Below are positions 41,538 to 51,941 of a stretch of DNA of 64,000 nucleotides, piece after piece. The first letter of the stretch is position 1, and each line of letters begins with the position of its first letter. The stretch is from positions 32,001-96,000 of the forward strand of contig CAVVYZ010000019.1 of the NCBI GenBank assembly GCA_963752595.1, read 5' to 3'. Source of the stretch: an uncultured delta proteobacterium (GTDB taxonomy: Bacteria; Desulfobacterota; Desulfomonilia; UBA1062). Below the pieces are notes generated by a model. The model saw nothing but the letters and a program-made list of their open reading frames with translations, ran no database searches and was not told the DNA's origin. The position numbers and the translations under genes are program-made.

Positions 41538-43039
41538 ATATTGCCAGCTTTCTGACAAACACAACGGCACGAGTTCCCGATCAGCCCGCTATTCGATTTA
41601 AGGGAAAGACAATCACTTTCCGTGAGATGAATTCCAAGGTAGACGCCATGGCCCACGGGCTCAGCAAGATGGGGCTTAAACCCGGTGACGCCTGCGTTCT
41701 CATGACACCCGACTCACCGAACTGGCCGATTGTATATTATGCATTGGCAAAGATAGGAGCGGTCGTGGTCCCGGTAAACCCTATCTACAAAAAAAGAGAG
41801 CTTGAACATAGTTTCAAGGACTCAGGAGCAAAAGCATTCGTGGGCCACACTGACTATCTGGCGGAAGCCGGCGCTGTCCTGGATGGAATACCGGCAATTA
41901 AGATCAGAGTTGCCGAAGGCAAAAATCCGCCGAAGGGGTTTACTCCATTAAACGATCTGTTTTTGGACGATGCAGGAGAGTATCCTGTTTACCAGACCCA
42001 ACCTGATGACCCCTGGATTGTAATGTATACCAGTGGTACGACGGGGTTGCCGAAGGGTGCTGTCCTGACTCACTTCAATCTTATGAAGGATGCTGAGGTT
42101 ATCGCAGCCGTGAGGTATACGGAACCGCATGATGTTGTATTAAGCGTACTGCCTCTCTTTCACTGTTACGGGCAGACCCACTCGCTCAATATCTCTATTT
42201 ATCAGGGTCTTACTATCCTCATGTTCGATAAATTCAACGTTGAAGAGGTCTTCACGGCTATTGAAGAGGAAAAAAGCACCCTTTTGTATGCTGTCCCGAC
42301 AATGGTCAACAGGTTGGTTGAACTGGCAGCAGTCAGACCGCCGAAACGATCGGGGCTGCGCTTTTGTATCTCCGGAGGAGCATCCCTTCCTGTGGAGATC
42401 CTGCACCGCTTTGAAAGCTTATTTCATGCAACCATCTATGAGAGCTACGGGTTGACGGAATGTTCTCCGACCTGTGTGGAAAATCCTTTTGGAAGACCGC
42501 CGCGCCCGGGGTCCATCGGCTTGCCGATTCCTCCCTTTAAGACCCGTCTCGTTGATGAGAACGATCAGGATGTACCACGCGGGGATGTGGGCGAACTGCT
42601 AGTATCCGGACCCGGGGTCATGAAGGAATACCTGCACCAGCCCGAAGCCACGGCAACAACAATGAAAGGCGGGTGGCTGCATACCGGTGATCTCGCCCGG
42701 ATGGACGAGGATGGCTACATCTACATCGTAGACAGGAAGAAAGACCTGATCATCAGAGGCGGATATAATGTGTATCCACGCGAAATAGAAGAAGTTCTTT
42801 ATACCATTGAAGACGTTCTGGAAGCTGCTGTAATCGGCGTACCTCATAAAGATCTTGGAGAAGAGGTTGCAGCAGCAGTTGTGCTTCGTAAAGGCTCCAC
42901 AATGACTTCTGAAGATGTGAAACAGTATATAAAGGATCGCGTGGCAGCATATAAATACCCGAGGGTGGTGAACATCATGAAAGAATTGCCGAAAACGTCC
43001 ACCGGAAAAATTTTAAAGCGAGGTATTACTTTGAATTAA
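41534..43039 (+). CDS. Acyl-CoA synthetase (AMP-forming)
   Basis: YTSGTTGLPKG, YGLTE, TGD, PKTSTGK. Confidence 0.92.
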   Translation: MNIASFLTNTTARVPDQPAIRFKGKTITFREMNSKVDAMAHGLSKMGLKPGDACVLMTPDSPNWPIVYYALAKIGAVVVPVNPIYKKRELEHSFKDSGAKAFVGHTDYLAEAGAVLDGIPAIKIRVAEGKNPPKGFTPLNDLFLDDAGEYPVYQTQPDDPWIVMYTSGTTGLPKGAVLTHFNLMKDAEVIAAVRYTEPHDVVLSVLPLFHCYGQTHSLNISIYQGLTILMFDKFNVEEVFTAIEEEKSTLLYAVPTMVNRLVELAAVRPPKRSGLRFCISGGASLPVEILHRFESLFHATIYESYGLTECSPTCVENPFGRPPRPGSIGLPIPPFKTRLVDENDQDVPRGDVGELLVSGPGVMKEYLHQPEATATTMKGGWLHTGDLARMDEDGYIYIVDRKKDLIIRGGYNVYPREIEEVLYTIEDVLEAAVIGVPHKDLGEEVAAAVVLRKGSTMTSEDVKQYIKDRVAAYKYPRVVNIMKELPKTSTGKILKRGITLN

Positions 43040-43064
43040 AACCGATCTCTTTATAACTGCCCCC

Positions 43065-43240
43065 GCGGATAGCTCCGATCTGACAGCTGAGATCTGACTA
43101 TATATCCTCCGTAAAAGGTGACGACCAGTAAATAAGATCGGAGCTATTCGCTTTTTTGGATCGGGAAAGTCACGAACTGAAAGCCCCCTCTCCCCTCCCT
43201 TTCCCCTGTTTCGGGGGGAAAGGGCAAGGGAGAGGGGGCA
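43065..43240. terminator. Two hairpins between convergent operons
   Basis: 17-bp arms 43065-43081/43135-43151 followed by T6; second GC-rich hairpin ~43183-43240. Confidence 0.55.
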
Positions 43241-43272
43241 TCTCCACTTGTGAATTCAACGTTGACGAATAA

Positions 43273-44436
43273 CTAGAACAACCTCGAAGAATCGGTCATG
43301 AGGGCCTTACCTGCAACCATACGGTTGATCTGGTTGGTTCCTTCGAAGATCTGGGTTAATTTGGCATCCCGCATGAGCTTCTCGACGACAGAACCCTTCA
43401 TATAACCCGAACCGGCCAACACCTGAACTGCATCGGTCGTGACCTTCATCGCTGCATCAGATGCGAAATATTTGGCAGAAGCAGCCTCTTTCGAGCATCG
43501 GATGTTGTTGTCAAGCATCCAGCCGACCTGCAAATAGAGTGCGCGAGATGCCATGACAAGAGTATTCATGTCTGCGAGCATGAATTGCACCGCCTGGAAA
43601 TTTCCGATGGGCTGGCCGAACTGAACCCGCTCCTTTGCGTATGCTACAGATTCATCAAGCGCTCTCTGGGCGATTCCGGTGGATACCGCAGTAATATTTG
43701 CACGTCCTCTGTCGAGGGCCATCATGGCAAGCTTGAAACCTTGGCCTTCGCCACCGATGAGGTTTTCCTTGCTGAGTTCGACGTTGTCGAAGAACAGTTC
43801 AGCAACATTCATTGCCCGGTGCCCCATCTTATCCTCGATCCGCCCTACGGTTATTCCCGGGGTGTTCCGGGGTACGGCGAAACAACTGATACCCTTTGTC
43901 CCCTTGCTTTTATCCACCGTGGCAAACAGGCACAATAAATCGGCATATTGACCGTTCGTTATGTAACACTTGGAGCCGTTCACCACGTAGCCGTCGCCCT
44001 TTTTTAAGGCCGTTGTATTCATTATTCCCGCATCGGACCCGGCATGGGGCTCTGTGAGGCAAAAACATCCGCTCCGGTAACTCTTCGTCATATCTCCGAT
44101 GAATTTCTTTTGCTGATCCACGGTCCCGCCCAACTGGATCGCTCCCATGGACAAGTGGGATATTCCGATTATCTGCGATATGGCGCAGCACTCGTAATTC
44201 AATGCCTCGGTTACCAGATAATGTTCGAGATACGACATTCCCGATCCGCCGTATTCCTTTGGTATGTTGGTATACATCAATCCGGCCTTGTACGCTTCTT
44301 TGAGAATCTCTTCGGGATACGTGCCGTCCCTGTCATATTCAATAGCTACCGGCCGGATCCGATCTTTTCCGAACTTTCTTGCAAGATTTAATATACTTTT
44401 CTGTTCGTCGCTTAAGCTGAAATCTATCATAGTCAA
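43273..44436 (-). CDS. Acyl-CoA dehydrogenase (butyryl-CoA DH-like)
   Basis: FCLTEPHAGSD, GSKCYITNG, EDKMG, RDAKLTQIFEGTNQI. Confidence 0.93.
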   Translation of the reverse strand: MTMIDFSLSDEQKSILNLARKFGKDRIRPVAIEYDRDGTYPEEILKEAYKAGLMYTNIPKEYGGSGMSYLEHYLVTEALNYECCAISQIIGISHLSMGAIQLGGTVDQQKKFIGDMTKSYRSGCFCLTEPHAGSDAGIMNTTALKKGDGYVVNGSKCYITNGQYADLLCLFATVDKSKGTKGISCFAVPRNTPGITVGRIEDKMGHRAMNVAELFFDNVELSKENLIGGEGQGFKLAMMALDRGRANITAVSTGIAQRALDESVAYAKERVQFGQPIGNFQAVQFMLADMNTLVMASRALYLQVGWMLDNNIRCSKEAASAKYFASDAAMKVTTDAVQVLAGSGYMKGSVVEKLMRDAKLTQIFEGTNQINRMVAGKALMTDSSRLF

Positions 44437-44534
44437 TACCTCACTTCCTTTGATGTAGAATTAATGGCCCTGGTGATTCATTTTTACCGTACGCTCACCT
44501 GTATATCCTATCAGCACCTCATTCGGTTCATCTT

Positions 44535-45302
44535 CTATATGAACCCGTATGCGGTCCATCCCCCATCGATATTCACAACCGATCCGGTCATATAGGTCGA
44601 CTCGTCACCGGCCATGTACACCGCCAAGCCTGTTATTTCTTCCACATTGCCTATCCTTCTCTGCGGAATGCGCTTCTTCAGGGACTCCGTATCCAATTTC
44701 CCCTGCTGCTCGAGCTGTTGAATAAACTCAGTATTCAAGTATCCCGGGGCAATTGCATTCACGCGAATATTTTTTTCCGCCCATTCGGCGGCCAGAACCT
44801 TGGTAAGCATATTGACTGCCGCCTTGCTTGAACAATAGGCAGCCCGTTGAGGCACCGGACTATCACCAAATGATGACGAAATGTTTATAATGCATCCGCC
44901 GCTCTTTCTGTCGATCATATGTCTCGCAACGGCCTGACTGCAGAAGAATACTCCGGAAAGATTCGTGCTTACGGCATTATTCCAGTTTTCGTGCGACAGG
45001 CTTTCCGAAGGGCTTACCATCGGGATCCCGGAATTGTTGATCAGGACATCTATCTTTCCGTAGCGCTCAACCGTTTCGTTTACTGCGTTCTGAATGCTTT
45101 CACCATCTTTCACATCCATCCTGATTGGGTATGCTTCACCGCCGGATGCATTGATCTCGCTGCAGAGATCTTTCAGTAAATCATACGAGCGCCCGGTCAG
45201 AACAACGGATGAGCCCTCTGAAGCAAATCTCACGGCAAACGCCTTCCCAAGACCTTTGCTTGCGCCTGTGATGATGGTGATCTTGTTCTGTAATAAACCC
45301 AT
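44535..45302 (-). CDS. SDR oxidoreductase
   Basis: TGASKGLG, NNSG, YCSSK, NAIAPG. Confidence 0.9.
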   Translation of the reverse strand: MGLLQNKITIITGASKGLGKAFAVRFASEGSSVVLTGRSYDLLKDLCSEINASGGEAYPIRMDVKDGESIQNAVNETVERYGKIDVLINNSGIPMVSPSESLSHENWNNAVSTNLSGVFFCSQAVARHMIDRKSGGCIINISSSFGDSPVPQRAAYCSSKAAVNMLTKVLAAEWAEKNIRVNAIAPGYLNTEFIQQLEQQGKLDTESLKKRIPQRRIGNVEEITGLAVYMAGDESTYMTGSVVNIDGGWTAYGFI

Positions 45303-45411
45303 TTGCCCCTCCTGCCTTGTCCGGATTCTCCTTAAAAGCGATCTCTCTCGGTTTGATTCAACTGCCTGTATTTATGAGGTTAAATATAGTTCATTCTTTT
45401 GCTTTATGCCT

Positions 45412-45879
45412 CTACGCACGCTTGATCATGAGCGTTTTATATCCGGACTGGACGATCACATTGTTCTGATTCAACAGTTCTAAATACAGCCTTATTATGC
45501 CGCGGTCCTTTCTGGTTTTGCTGGGTACTTTCCCGGCAACTTTCACCTTTGCCCGGATTGTGTCTCCAAAGAATATCGGGGCTGCAAATTTCCAGTCGTC
45601 AATACCAAGAAAGGCGATAGCAGTACCGTCAAGAAACCCGGTCCGAAACAGAAGCCCGTGGGATATCGACAGCCCGAGCAGTCCATGGGCAATCCTTCTC
45701 CCGAACTGATTGCCCTTCGCAACCTCTTCGCTGGTGTGCAGCTCATTATAATCGCCGGTCATCCCGGCAAACATCACCACATCGGTCTCGGTTATCGTTC
45801 TGGAGCGAGTTTCAAACTCTTCGTTTTCGTTCCATTCATCAAAGTATTTCCCGTTCACTTTTATATCCTTCTCTCGCAA
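45412..45879 (-). CDS. MaoC-family (R)-enoyl-CoA hydratase
   Basis: RTITETD, GDYNELH, RIAHG. Confidence 0.88.
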   Translation of the reverse strand: MREKDIKVNGKYFDEWNENEEFETRSRTITETDVVMFAGMTGDYNELHTSEEVAKGNQFGRRIAHGLLGLSISHGLLFRTGFLDGTAIAFLGIDDWKFAAPIFFGDTIRAKVKVAGKVPSKTRKDRGIIRLYLELLNQNNVIVQSGYKTLMIKRA

Positions 45880-45900
45880 TAAGCGTTGATAACGTTTGAA

Positions 45901-47001
45901 TTACCCGACCCTTCTCCTGCCGCGGCCTTTGGCGTCAGCCAGTTTCATGCCTGCGATGACCAGCTCCGTCGTCACGGGCACGGGCTCGTTGTGTATGGTC
46001 TGCTTCTCGGAACAGGCGATCGAAGCGGCTTTCACCAGATCCTCTTCAGATACGTCATTCAGGCCGAGGTCGCCCAATGTCGTGGGCAGGCCGACCGATT
46101 CGCAGAATGAATACACCCCGTCGATCACTTCTGACGGTTTGTCTGTCATGAACAATGAGGCCAGTAAGCCGAAGGCAACCTTTTCTCCATGATAAGAGGA
46201 ATGCTCCCTGTCGAGTGCATTCAGCCCGTCCTGGATAGCGTGAGCCGCAGCAAGCCCCCCGCTCTCGAAACCGATTCCGCTCAAGAGGGTATTGGCCTCT
46301 ACGATATGCTCCAGCGCAGGCGTTACCACGTGATGTTCGCAGGCGGTCTTTGCGGATGCCCCATATTCAAGAATCGTCTCATAACAGAGGCGGGACAGGG
46401 TCTGGGATGTCATGGAGCTTATGTCCCCGGCCATGGTCTTTGCGTATTTGATCCTGCATGATTCCGCCTCAAACCACGTCGCCAGCGCATCCCCCATGCC
46501 TGCGACCAGGAGCCTGACCGGAGAGTTTGCGATGATCTTCGTGTCGACCAGAACGACGTCAGGGTTCCGTCGAAGTGCGATTACCCGTTTTATCTGCCTG
46601 GTCTCACTCCGGTATATAATGGAAAGGGCACTGCAGGGAGCATCCGTCGAGGCAACGGTCGGTGCAATGATAACGGGAACGTTCATCAGATGTGCAACCG
46701 CTTTGGCAGCATCGAGTGTCTTGCCGCCTCCAAGGCCCACTATGACATCACACGGCGGATCCCCTGCAATTGCCGCCAGCCGGGTTATTTCTTCATCGGA
46801 ACATTCACGCCCGAATTTCTCAACTGTTATAGACGCTGCTTCTTCGAGGGAAGGACGGATCTCAGGGAGGATATGATCGAACACCGAAGGACTGCAGATG
46901 AGAAATCCCTTTTTCCCATAGTGAGGAATCAGTTTCTTCAAGCGCAGAATCGCGTCATATCCTTGGATGTATCTGCCGGGGAATAGTGTCGTCGTGATCA
47001 T
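45901..47001 (-). CDS. Glycerol dehydrogenase-family polyol dehydrogenase
   Basis: PGRYIQG, GGGKTLD, ASTDAPCS, GFESGGLAAAH, HGEKVAFG. Confidence 0.88.
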   Translation of the reverse strand: MITTTLFPGRYIQGYDAILRLKKLIPHYGKKGFLICSPSVFDHILPEIRPSLEEAASITVEKFGRECSDEEITRLAAIAGDPPCDVIVGLGGGKTLDAAKAVAHLMNVPVIIAPTVASTDAPCSALSIIYRSETRQIKRVIALRRNPDVVLVDTKIIANSPVRLLVAGMGDALATWFEAESCRIKYAKTMAGDISSMTSQTLSRLCYETILEYGASAKTACEHHVVTPALEHIVEANTLLSGIGFESGGLAAAHAIQDGLNALDREHSSYHGEKVAFGLLASLFMTDKPSEVIDGVYSFCESVGLPTTLGDLGLNDVSEEDLVKAASIACSEKQTIHNEPVPVTTELVIAGMKLADAKGRGRRRVG

Positions 47002-47260
47002 GTGGAGCCATTCACTCCTTTTTAATACTCCTTGCCCAAAACCTGTCCATTAACGATCAGTTAACGCACCATGAGCAAGGCAATATGATTCTTGGGATTG
47101 AGGCCCATATCATGAAAGAAACAAGAACAGCCGCCCGGCCTTCTACACTGCCGATATGATCTGTTTCTCCTGTTTCAGTCATGATACAGGCCCGTTTGTC
47201 GAGGTTTAAGTTCTCATACCCGTTTCAATAATTGATTCCTGTTTTTTCCTGAAAATTACA

Positions 47261-48583
47261 TCATCCGCCAATACCATAAATCAGGTTCGGCAGCCACAGT
47301 GCTATCTGCGGGAAAATCGACACGATGGTCAGGCCGAGCAACTGCAGAATGATGAAAGGAATAATGGACATGTAGATGTCCTTGATCATGACTCCTTCGG
47401 GCGCGATGCTCTTGAGATAGAAGAGGTTATACCCGAACGGAGGCGTAATGTAGGCACACTGCATGTTCATGATGAAGACGATGCCGAACCACACGGGGTC
47501 GAATCCCATGACAGCCACGATGGGCGTGAGAATGGGAGCCGTGATCATGACAATGGCCGATGGGTCGAGCAGCATGCCCAGAGCGAAGAATACGGCCTGG
47601 ATGATAAAGAAGGCCCCCCAATATCCGAACGGCAGGTCCTGCACCAGACTGCTGATGAACTCCGATGCACCCAGCGCCATGTAGATGGTGGAGAAACAGT
47701 AGGCGCCGATAACGATCCACATCACCATACCGGTCAGCTTCAGGGTTCCAAGCGAGATGTCCCTGAACATTTTCCAGGAAAACTGCCCGCTCGCGATCAT
47801 TAAAATGAAACTACCCGCACAGCCGACCGCCGCGCCTTCGGTCGGCGTAGCGACACCCGTGAAGATCGTGCCCAGAACAGTGCAGATGAGGAGCAAAGGC
47901 CCAATAACAGCCTTTGTCGCCAATATTTTTTCCTTGAAGGAAAGGAGCTCGTCTTCGGGAATGCCGGGACCTTTCGAAGGGTCTATCTTGCATACGGCAA
48001 GGGTGTAACCGATGTACAGGGATGCCAGCAGAAGCCCGGGCAGAATACCGCCTGCAAAAAGCCTCCCGATCGAAACCTGGCAGATCATGCCGTAGATGAT
48101 CATCGTGATGCTTGGGGGAATCAGAATGCCCAGAGCGCCGCCGGCACCGATGCCGCCGAGGGCCAGCTTCTTGTCGTAGCCCCTGGAAAGCATTGCCGGC
48201 AGGGCGATGAGACCCATGGTAATGGTGCCGGCCCCGCCGATGCCGGTCATTGCGGCAAAGAGCGTGCACACGATGATGGCGGCAACCGCCAGGCCCCCGC
48301 CCATCCGACCGCTCCACACATAAAAGGCATTGAAGAGCTTGTCCGCGATGCCCGAGAACTGAAGGATGAAACCCATGAGCACAAAGAGCGGAACGGAGAG
48401 AAGGCCGAACGACATCATGGCCTTCCCGAAGATCAGGGTGGGAATGACAGACATCGCGTCGGGCCACAGGAAAAAGGTAAAGATAACGCCGATGGACCCC
48501 AGCACGAACGCGATAGGAAGCCCCGAGCACAGACCGGCGACCATGGCAACCGTCAATAAGATGGTAATCGTCCCGGGCTCCAT
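47261..48583 (-). CDS. dctM: TRAP transporter large permease
   Basis: VPLFVLMG, GILIPPS, TPTEGA, ITPPFG. Confidence 0.93.
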   Translation of the reverse strand: MEPGTITILLTVAMVAGLCSGLPIAFVLGSIGVIFTFFLWPDAMSVIPTLIFGKAMMSFGLLSVPLFVLMGFILQFSGIADKLFNAFYVWSGRMGGGLAVAAIIVCTLFAAMTGIGGAGTITMGLIALPAMLSRGYDKKLALGGIGAGGALGILIPPSITMIIYGMICQVSIGRLFAGGILPGLLLASLYIGYTLAVCKIDPSKGPGIPEDELLSFKEKILATKAVIGPLLLICTVLGTIFTGVATPTEGAAVGCAGSFILMIASGQFSWKMFRDISLGTLKLTGMVMWIVIGAYCFSTIYMALGASEFISSLVQDLPFGYWGAFFIIQAVFFALGMLLDPSAIVMITAPILTPIVAVMGFDPVWFGIVFIMNMQCAYITPPFGYNLFYLKSIAPEGVMIKDIYMSIIPFIILQLLGLTIVSIFPQIALWLPNLIYGIGG

Positions 48584-49089
48584 TATTCTACCTTCCTTTC
48601 CTTGTCGGTGAGCGTCAAAATATCCTGCATAATCAGTGCGATCCCTTCAAGGAGCAATAGAACCGCCCCAAGGGGTATCATGAGCTTGACCGGCCAGATT
48701 ATCGGCGACCAGGTGCTGATCGATCTCTCATTCAGCTCGATCGCACGCATCGCAAAGTCCCATCCAAGCCACAGGATGATCACGGCAAAAACGAAGAACG
48801 CGGGAAACGTGATGAGGCTTGCGATCGCCTTTCCCCGTGGCGACAGTTTGACGTAGAAAAGGTCCATATTCACATGGGCCTTCTCCTTCAGCGCATAGGC
48901 CCCGCTTATAATGGTGAGCACGCCAAACACCATAACGCTGATTTCGTGTGCCCAGATGGTGGGTTTGTTGAATACGTTTCTCATTATGAGTTCCCATACG
49001 ATGATCACGGTAAGGATCCATGGAAACCACATGAGAACCATACCGCTCACATCTACTATTTTTGAGATGATCCGGATAAGTGCACGCAT
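48583..49089 (-). CDS. dctQ: TRAP transporter small permease
   Basis: Four TM segments, PTIWAHE, HVNMD. Confidence 0.9.
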   Translation of the reverse strand: MRALIRIISKIVDVSGMVLMWFPWILTVIIVWELIMRNVFNKPTIWAHEISVMVFGVLTIISGAYALKEKAHVNMDLFYVKLSPRGKAIASLITFPAFFVFAVIILWLGWDFAMRAIELNERSISTWSPIIWPVKLMIPLGAVLLLLEGIALIMQDILTLTDKERKVE

Positions 49090-49199
49090 TATAGTATCTT
49101 CCTCACTTTCTCAAAGGCCATTGTACTCAGGAACGATTCAGAAATGATAGAGGAGGCATCACCGCCGGGATGCCGGAAGCGTGCCCCCTCCTGATCAAA

Positions 49200-50270
49200 C
49201 TATTTCAGATAGCCCATTGTTCTCATGTAATTCTTTGTCATCTCCACGAGCTTGGCCGATGCGGGGCTTCTTTGTGCCTCTTTCGCCCACAATTCCTGGG
49301 CAGCCTTCTCGGCTTTTGCCAGCTCTGCGCCACTGAGTGTGTTCATTTTTACCCCGGCCTTTTTCATCTGGGCCAGACCCCACTGCTCACCCGTCCAGTT
49401 CTGGTGGTAAGTATGGTTCAACCCGGCGATGATCATTGCCTGCTCAAGGGCTACCTTGAGGTCGGCAGGCAGCGAGTTCCATGCCCTCTGGTTCACGATC
49501 ACGTTAGCAGTGTTGATGGGCATGATCGGGGGCCACAGGAAGTACTTGGCAACTTCATGGAACTTCACGCTGTGCATTGCAATAGCGCTGCCCCAGCTCA
49601 CCCCGTCGAGGGCGCCAGTCTGAAGAGAGGTATAGGTTTCTTCGCCGGGGATAAACACGCCGTTGCCGCCGAATTTCTCGATCCAGTTCATCATCAGACC
49701 GGATGCCCGGACCTTCTTGCCCTTGATATCGTTGAGGGTGTTGATGGGAGTTCTGAACATGAATGAGCCGGGCCAGCAGTCAACACCGGTGGTGAGCAGA
49801 TATACGCCCTGTTTTTGATATTCCGGCCTCAGTACGTCGATTGCCCGCCAACCGCCGAAGATGTTCGGCAGCTTCTTTCCATACATGAAGTTGTACAGCT
49901 CGTTCGGGGTCCTGATTCCGAAAGGAAGACCGTACTCTACGGCTGCTGCCGGAATGACGCCCTGATAGGTATAAGCAGACGCGAGGCCGATCTCAACAAC
50001 GCCCATCTTCACGGAATCCAATATATCCGGGGTTGCCACCAGCTCGCCGCCCCAGTACATTTTGATCTGCAGACGCCCGTTTGTCATGGCGGGAAGAGTT
50101 TTGGTGAGCATCTCTACGTAATATTGCATCCCGGGCTCAGCGGCGCTGCGCCATGCCTGCATCTTCCACTTGTAAACTTTCTGCGCAGGTTGCGCAGCAT
50201 CACATGGAAAAGAGCTGCTGAGGAATACCGCTAAAGCTAGAAGCACAATCCCTAGAACCTTGTTTTTCAT
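49200..50270 (-). CDS. dctP: TRAP substrate-binding protein
   Basis: Signal peptide, TNGRLQI, DIKGKKVR, YTSLQTGALDG; GGAGG before ATG 50270. Confidence 0.92.
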   Translation of the reverse strand: MKNKVLGIVLLALAVFLSSSFPCDAAQPAQKVYKWKMQAWRSAAEPGMQYYVEMLTKTLPAMTNGRLQIKMYWGGELVATPDILDSVKMGVVEIGLASAYTYQGVIPAAAVEYGLPFGIRTPNELYNFMYGKKLPNIFGGWRAIDVLRPEYQKQGVYLLTTGVDCWPGSFMFRTPINTLNDIKGKKVRASGLMMNWIEKFGGNGVFIPGEETYTSLQTGALDGVSWGSAIAMHSVKFHEVAKYFLWPPIMPINTANVIVNQRAWNSLPADLKVALEQAMIIAGLNHTYHQNWTGEQWGLAQMKKAGVKMNTLSGAELAKAEKAAQELWAKEAQRSPASAKLVEMTKNYMRTMGYLK

Positions 50271-50577
50271 AAAAGCCTCCCTCGATTTTGTATGTATTAT
50301 CGTTAATCTTTTCCAACATATTCCCTGCATATTGACAAATCCCATGAAGCTACATGAATCACTTCCCGGATACCTTCCGAGGCAAAACAGAATGCTATCC
50401 CACACCCTCATCTATCAGCACCAGCAACACCAGCTTAACGACATCAATGTTATCAGCCTTTCCCAAGAATATTTCACCATGCGCTACCCGGAACATAATT
50501 ATATTTAATTGTTATTTTTATTGAATCTAATTCTATCCGGTCCTTGCCTTGCATCCGCCATCCCATTTATTTCACAT

Positions 50578-50684
50578 CGCCGGGCAACAAAGAGAGCGGG
50601 CACTATGGTAATGTGGGCTCCCACAGCGCCCGCTCTCTTTGCTCTTACGTCCACCCCGGGTTGGCCGGCCCGGAGTTGAACCCT
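50578..50684 (-). promoter_or_regulatory. Structured leader/attenuator element, copy B
   Basis: Reverse complement reads AGGGTTCAACTCCGGGCCGGCCAACCCGGGGTGGACGTAAGAGCAAAGAGAGCGGGCGCTGTGGGAGCCCACATTACCATAGTGCCCGCTCTCTTTGTTGCCC. Confidence 0.7.
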
Positions 50685-51507
50685 TTATTCCCTAATCGTT
50701 CATTCCGTCATGAAAACTCCTCTGTCCTCATGCATTGCCGTCTATTTCCCAGCCGTCACTAGTACGGTTCTTCTGCCCCTTCACAACGGAGCACAGGAGA
50801 TCCGTCACGTGATTAAGTTCTGCAGCTAACGGCTTCCCTGCTATCCGGCAACTATTCATATGGGCGCGGAACGCCCCTTGGGAGAATTCATTCTGCGGAA
50901 ATACATCACGGCTTGAGCCATCTTTAAGGGTTATACGGCGAGTGAGCATTTCGATATCTGCTGCGAAGGAACAGATAGTAGGCTTTAGTATACCCTTGTA
51001 ATTTTTATTAGCATTAATAATGTCATGTTGTTGCATTGAACCTGCCCTTCTCTCCTCTATATCGGGATGGGTCATCTTGCCAAAACCAACAACAAGCTTT
51101 GAATCCATATCAAATCAATAATGTGATTTGATAAATTTATAGATCAATAGTGAGATTCGGTCAATACTTATTTGTTTTAATTTTATCACTTATATTATTC
51201 TCTGTTTTATCATGTAGTTGTTTATTTTCTTCATATCTAGAGTCCCTTTTGTGTCATTGTTTAACCTGAATTTTATTTTTTTTGGAAGGTTATCGAGTGA
51301 TCATGTTGGCTTTTCTTCACCATACCGGGCCAGGAGAACAATAAGGAATCAAGGGTTCTTCCCAATCGGTTCTTCTCCAAATAATGCTTGATTTGGGAAT
51401 AAAGGTAAATATTGACTAATCTTCTGCAACTGCTTACAGATAATGATGCCCTCTCCCATGCTCATCAGTAAAAGGAGAGATGCTTGGGGCAGACTGAAAA
51501 AATGATT

Positions 51508-51933
51508 CTATCCTTTGCCAGGATTCTCGGCTGATACCTCGGACCAGATCCTATCGAGGACACCGTTTGCAAACGCGGGAAAGCGGGGCGATCCGAATCG
51601 TTTTGCCAGCTCGATCCCCTCGTTGATCACAACCTTATACGGGATGTCGGTTTTAAAGATCAGCTCATAGGCTGCAATGCGCAGGATGTTTCTGTCCGTT
51701 GTGGACATCCTGCTTACCGACCAGTTGTTCGAGGCTTTCTCGATATGGGCATCAATGTCGCGCAGATGGGTATAGACCCCGTCTATGAGGTCCTGTGCGT
51801 ACGGGACGACATCCTTGTCTTCGGCGAAATGATCAAAGAAATCTTTGCAGGTTTCCGTGTTGTGATCTCTCGTGATGTCAACCTGGTACAGGTACTGTAA
51901 TGCTATTTCACGTGCTTTTGTCCTGAGTCTCAT
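51508..51933 (-). CDS. nusB: Transcription antitermination factor
   Basis: RTKAREIALQYLYQ, DRNILR, VVINEGIELAKRF, FANGVLD. Confidence 0.95.
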   Translation of the reverse strand: MRLRTKAREIALQYLYQVDITRDHNTETCKDFFDHFAEDKDVVPYAQDLIDGVYTHLRDIDAHIEKASNNWSVSRMSTTDRNILRIAAYELIFKTDIPYKVVINEGIELAKRFGSPRFPAFANGVLDRIWSEVSAENPGKG

Positions 51934-51941
51934 ACTAACGA

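Noticed and set aside
50728-51108. 126-aa minus-strand ORF upstream of leader copy B
   Set aside because: No recognisable motif, in an AT-rich spacer; cannot be supported as a gene or as the antiterminator protein.
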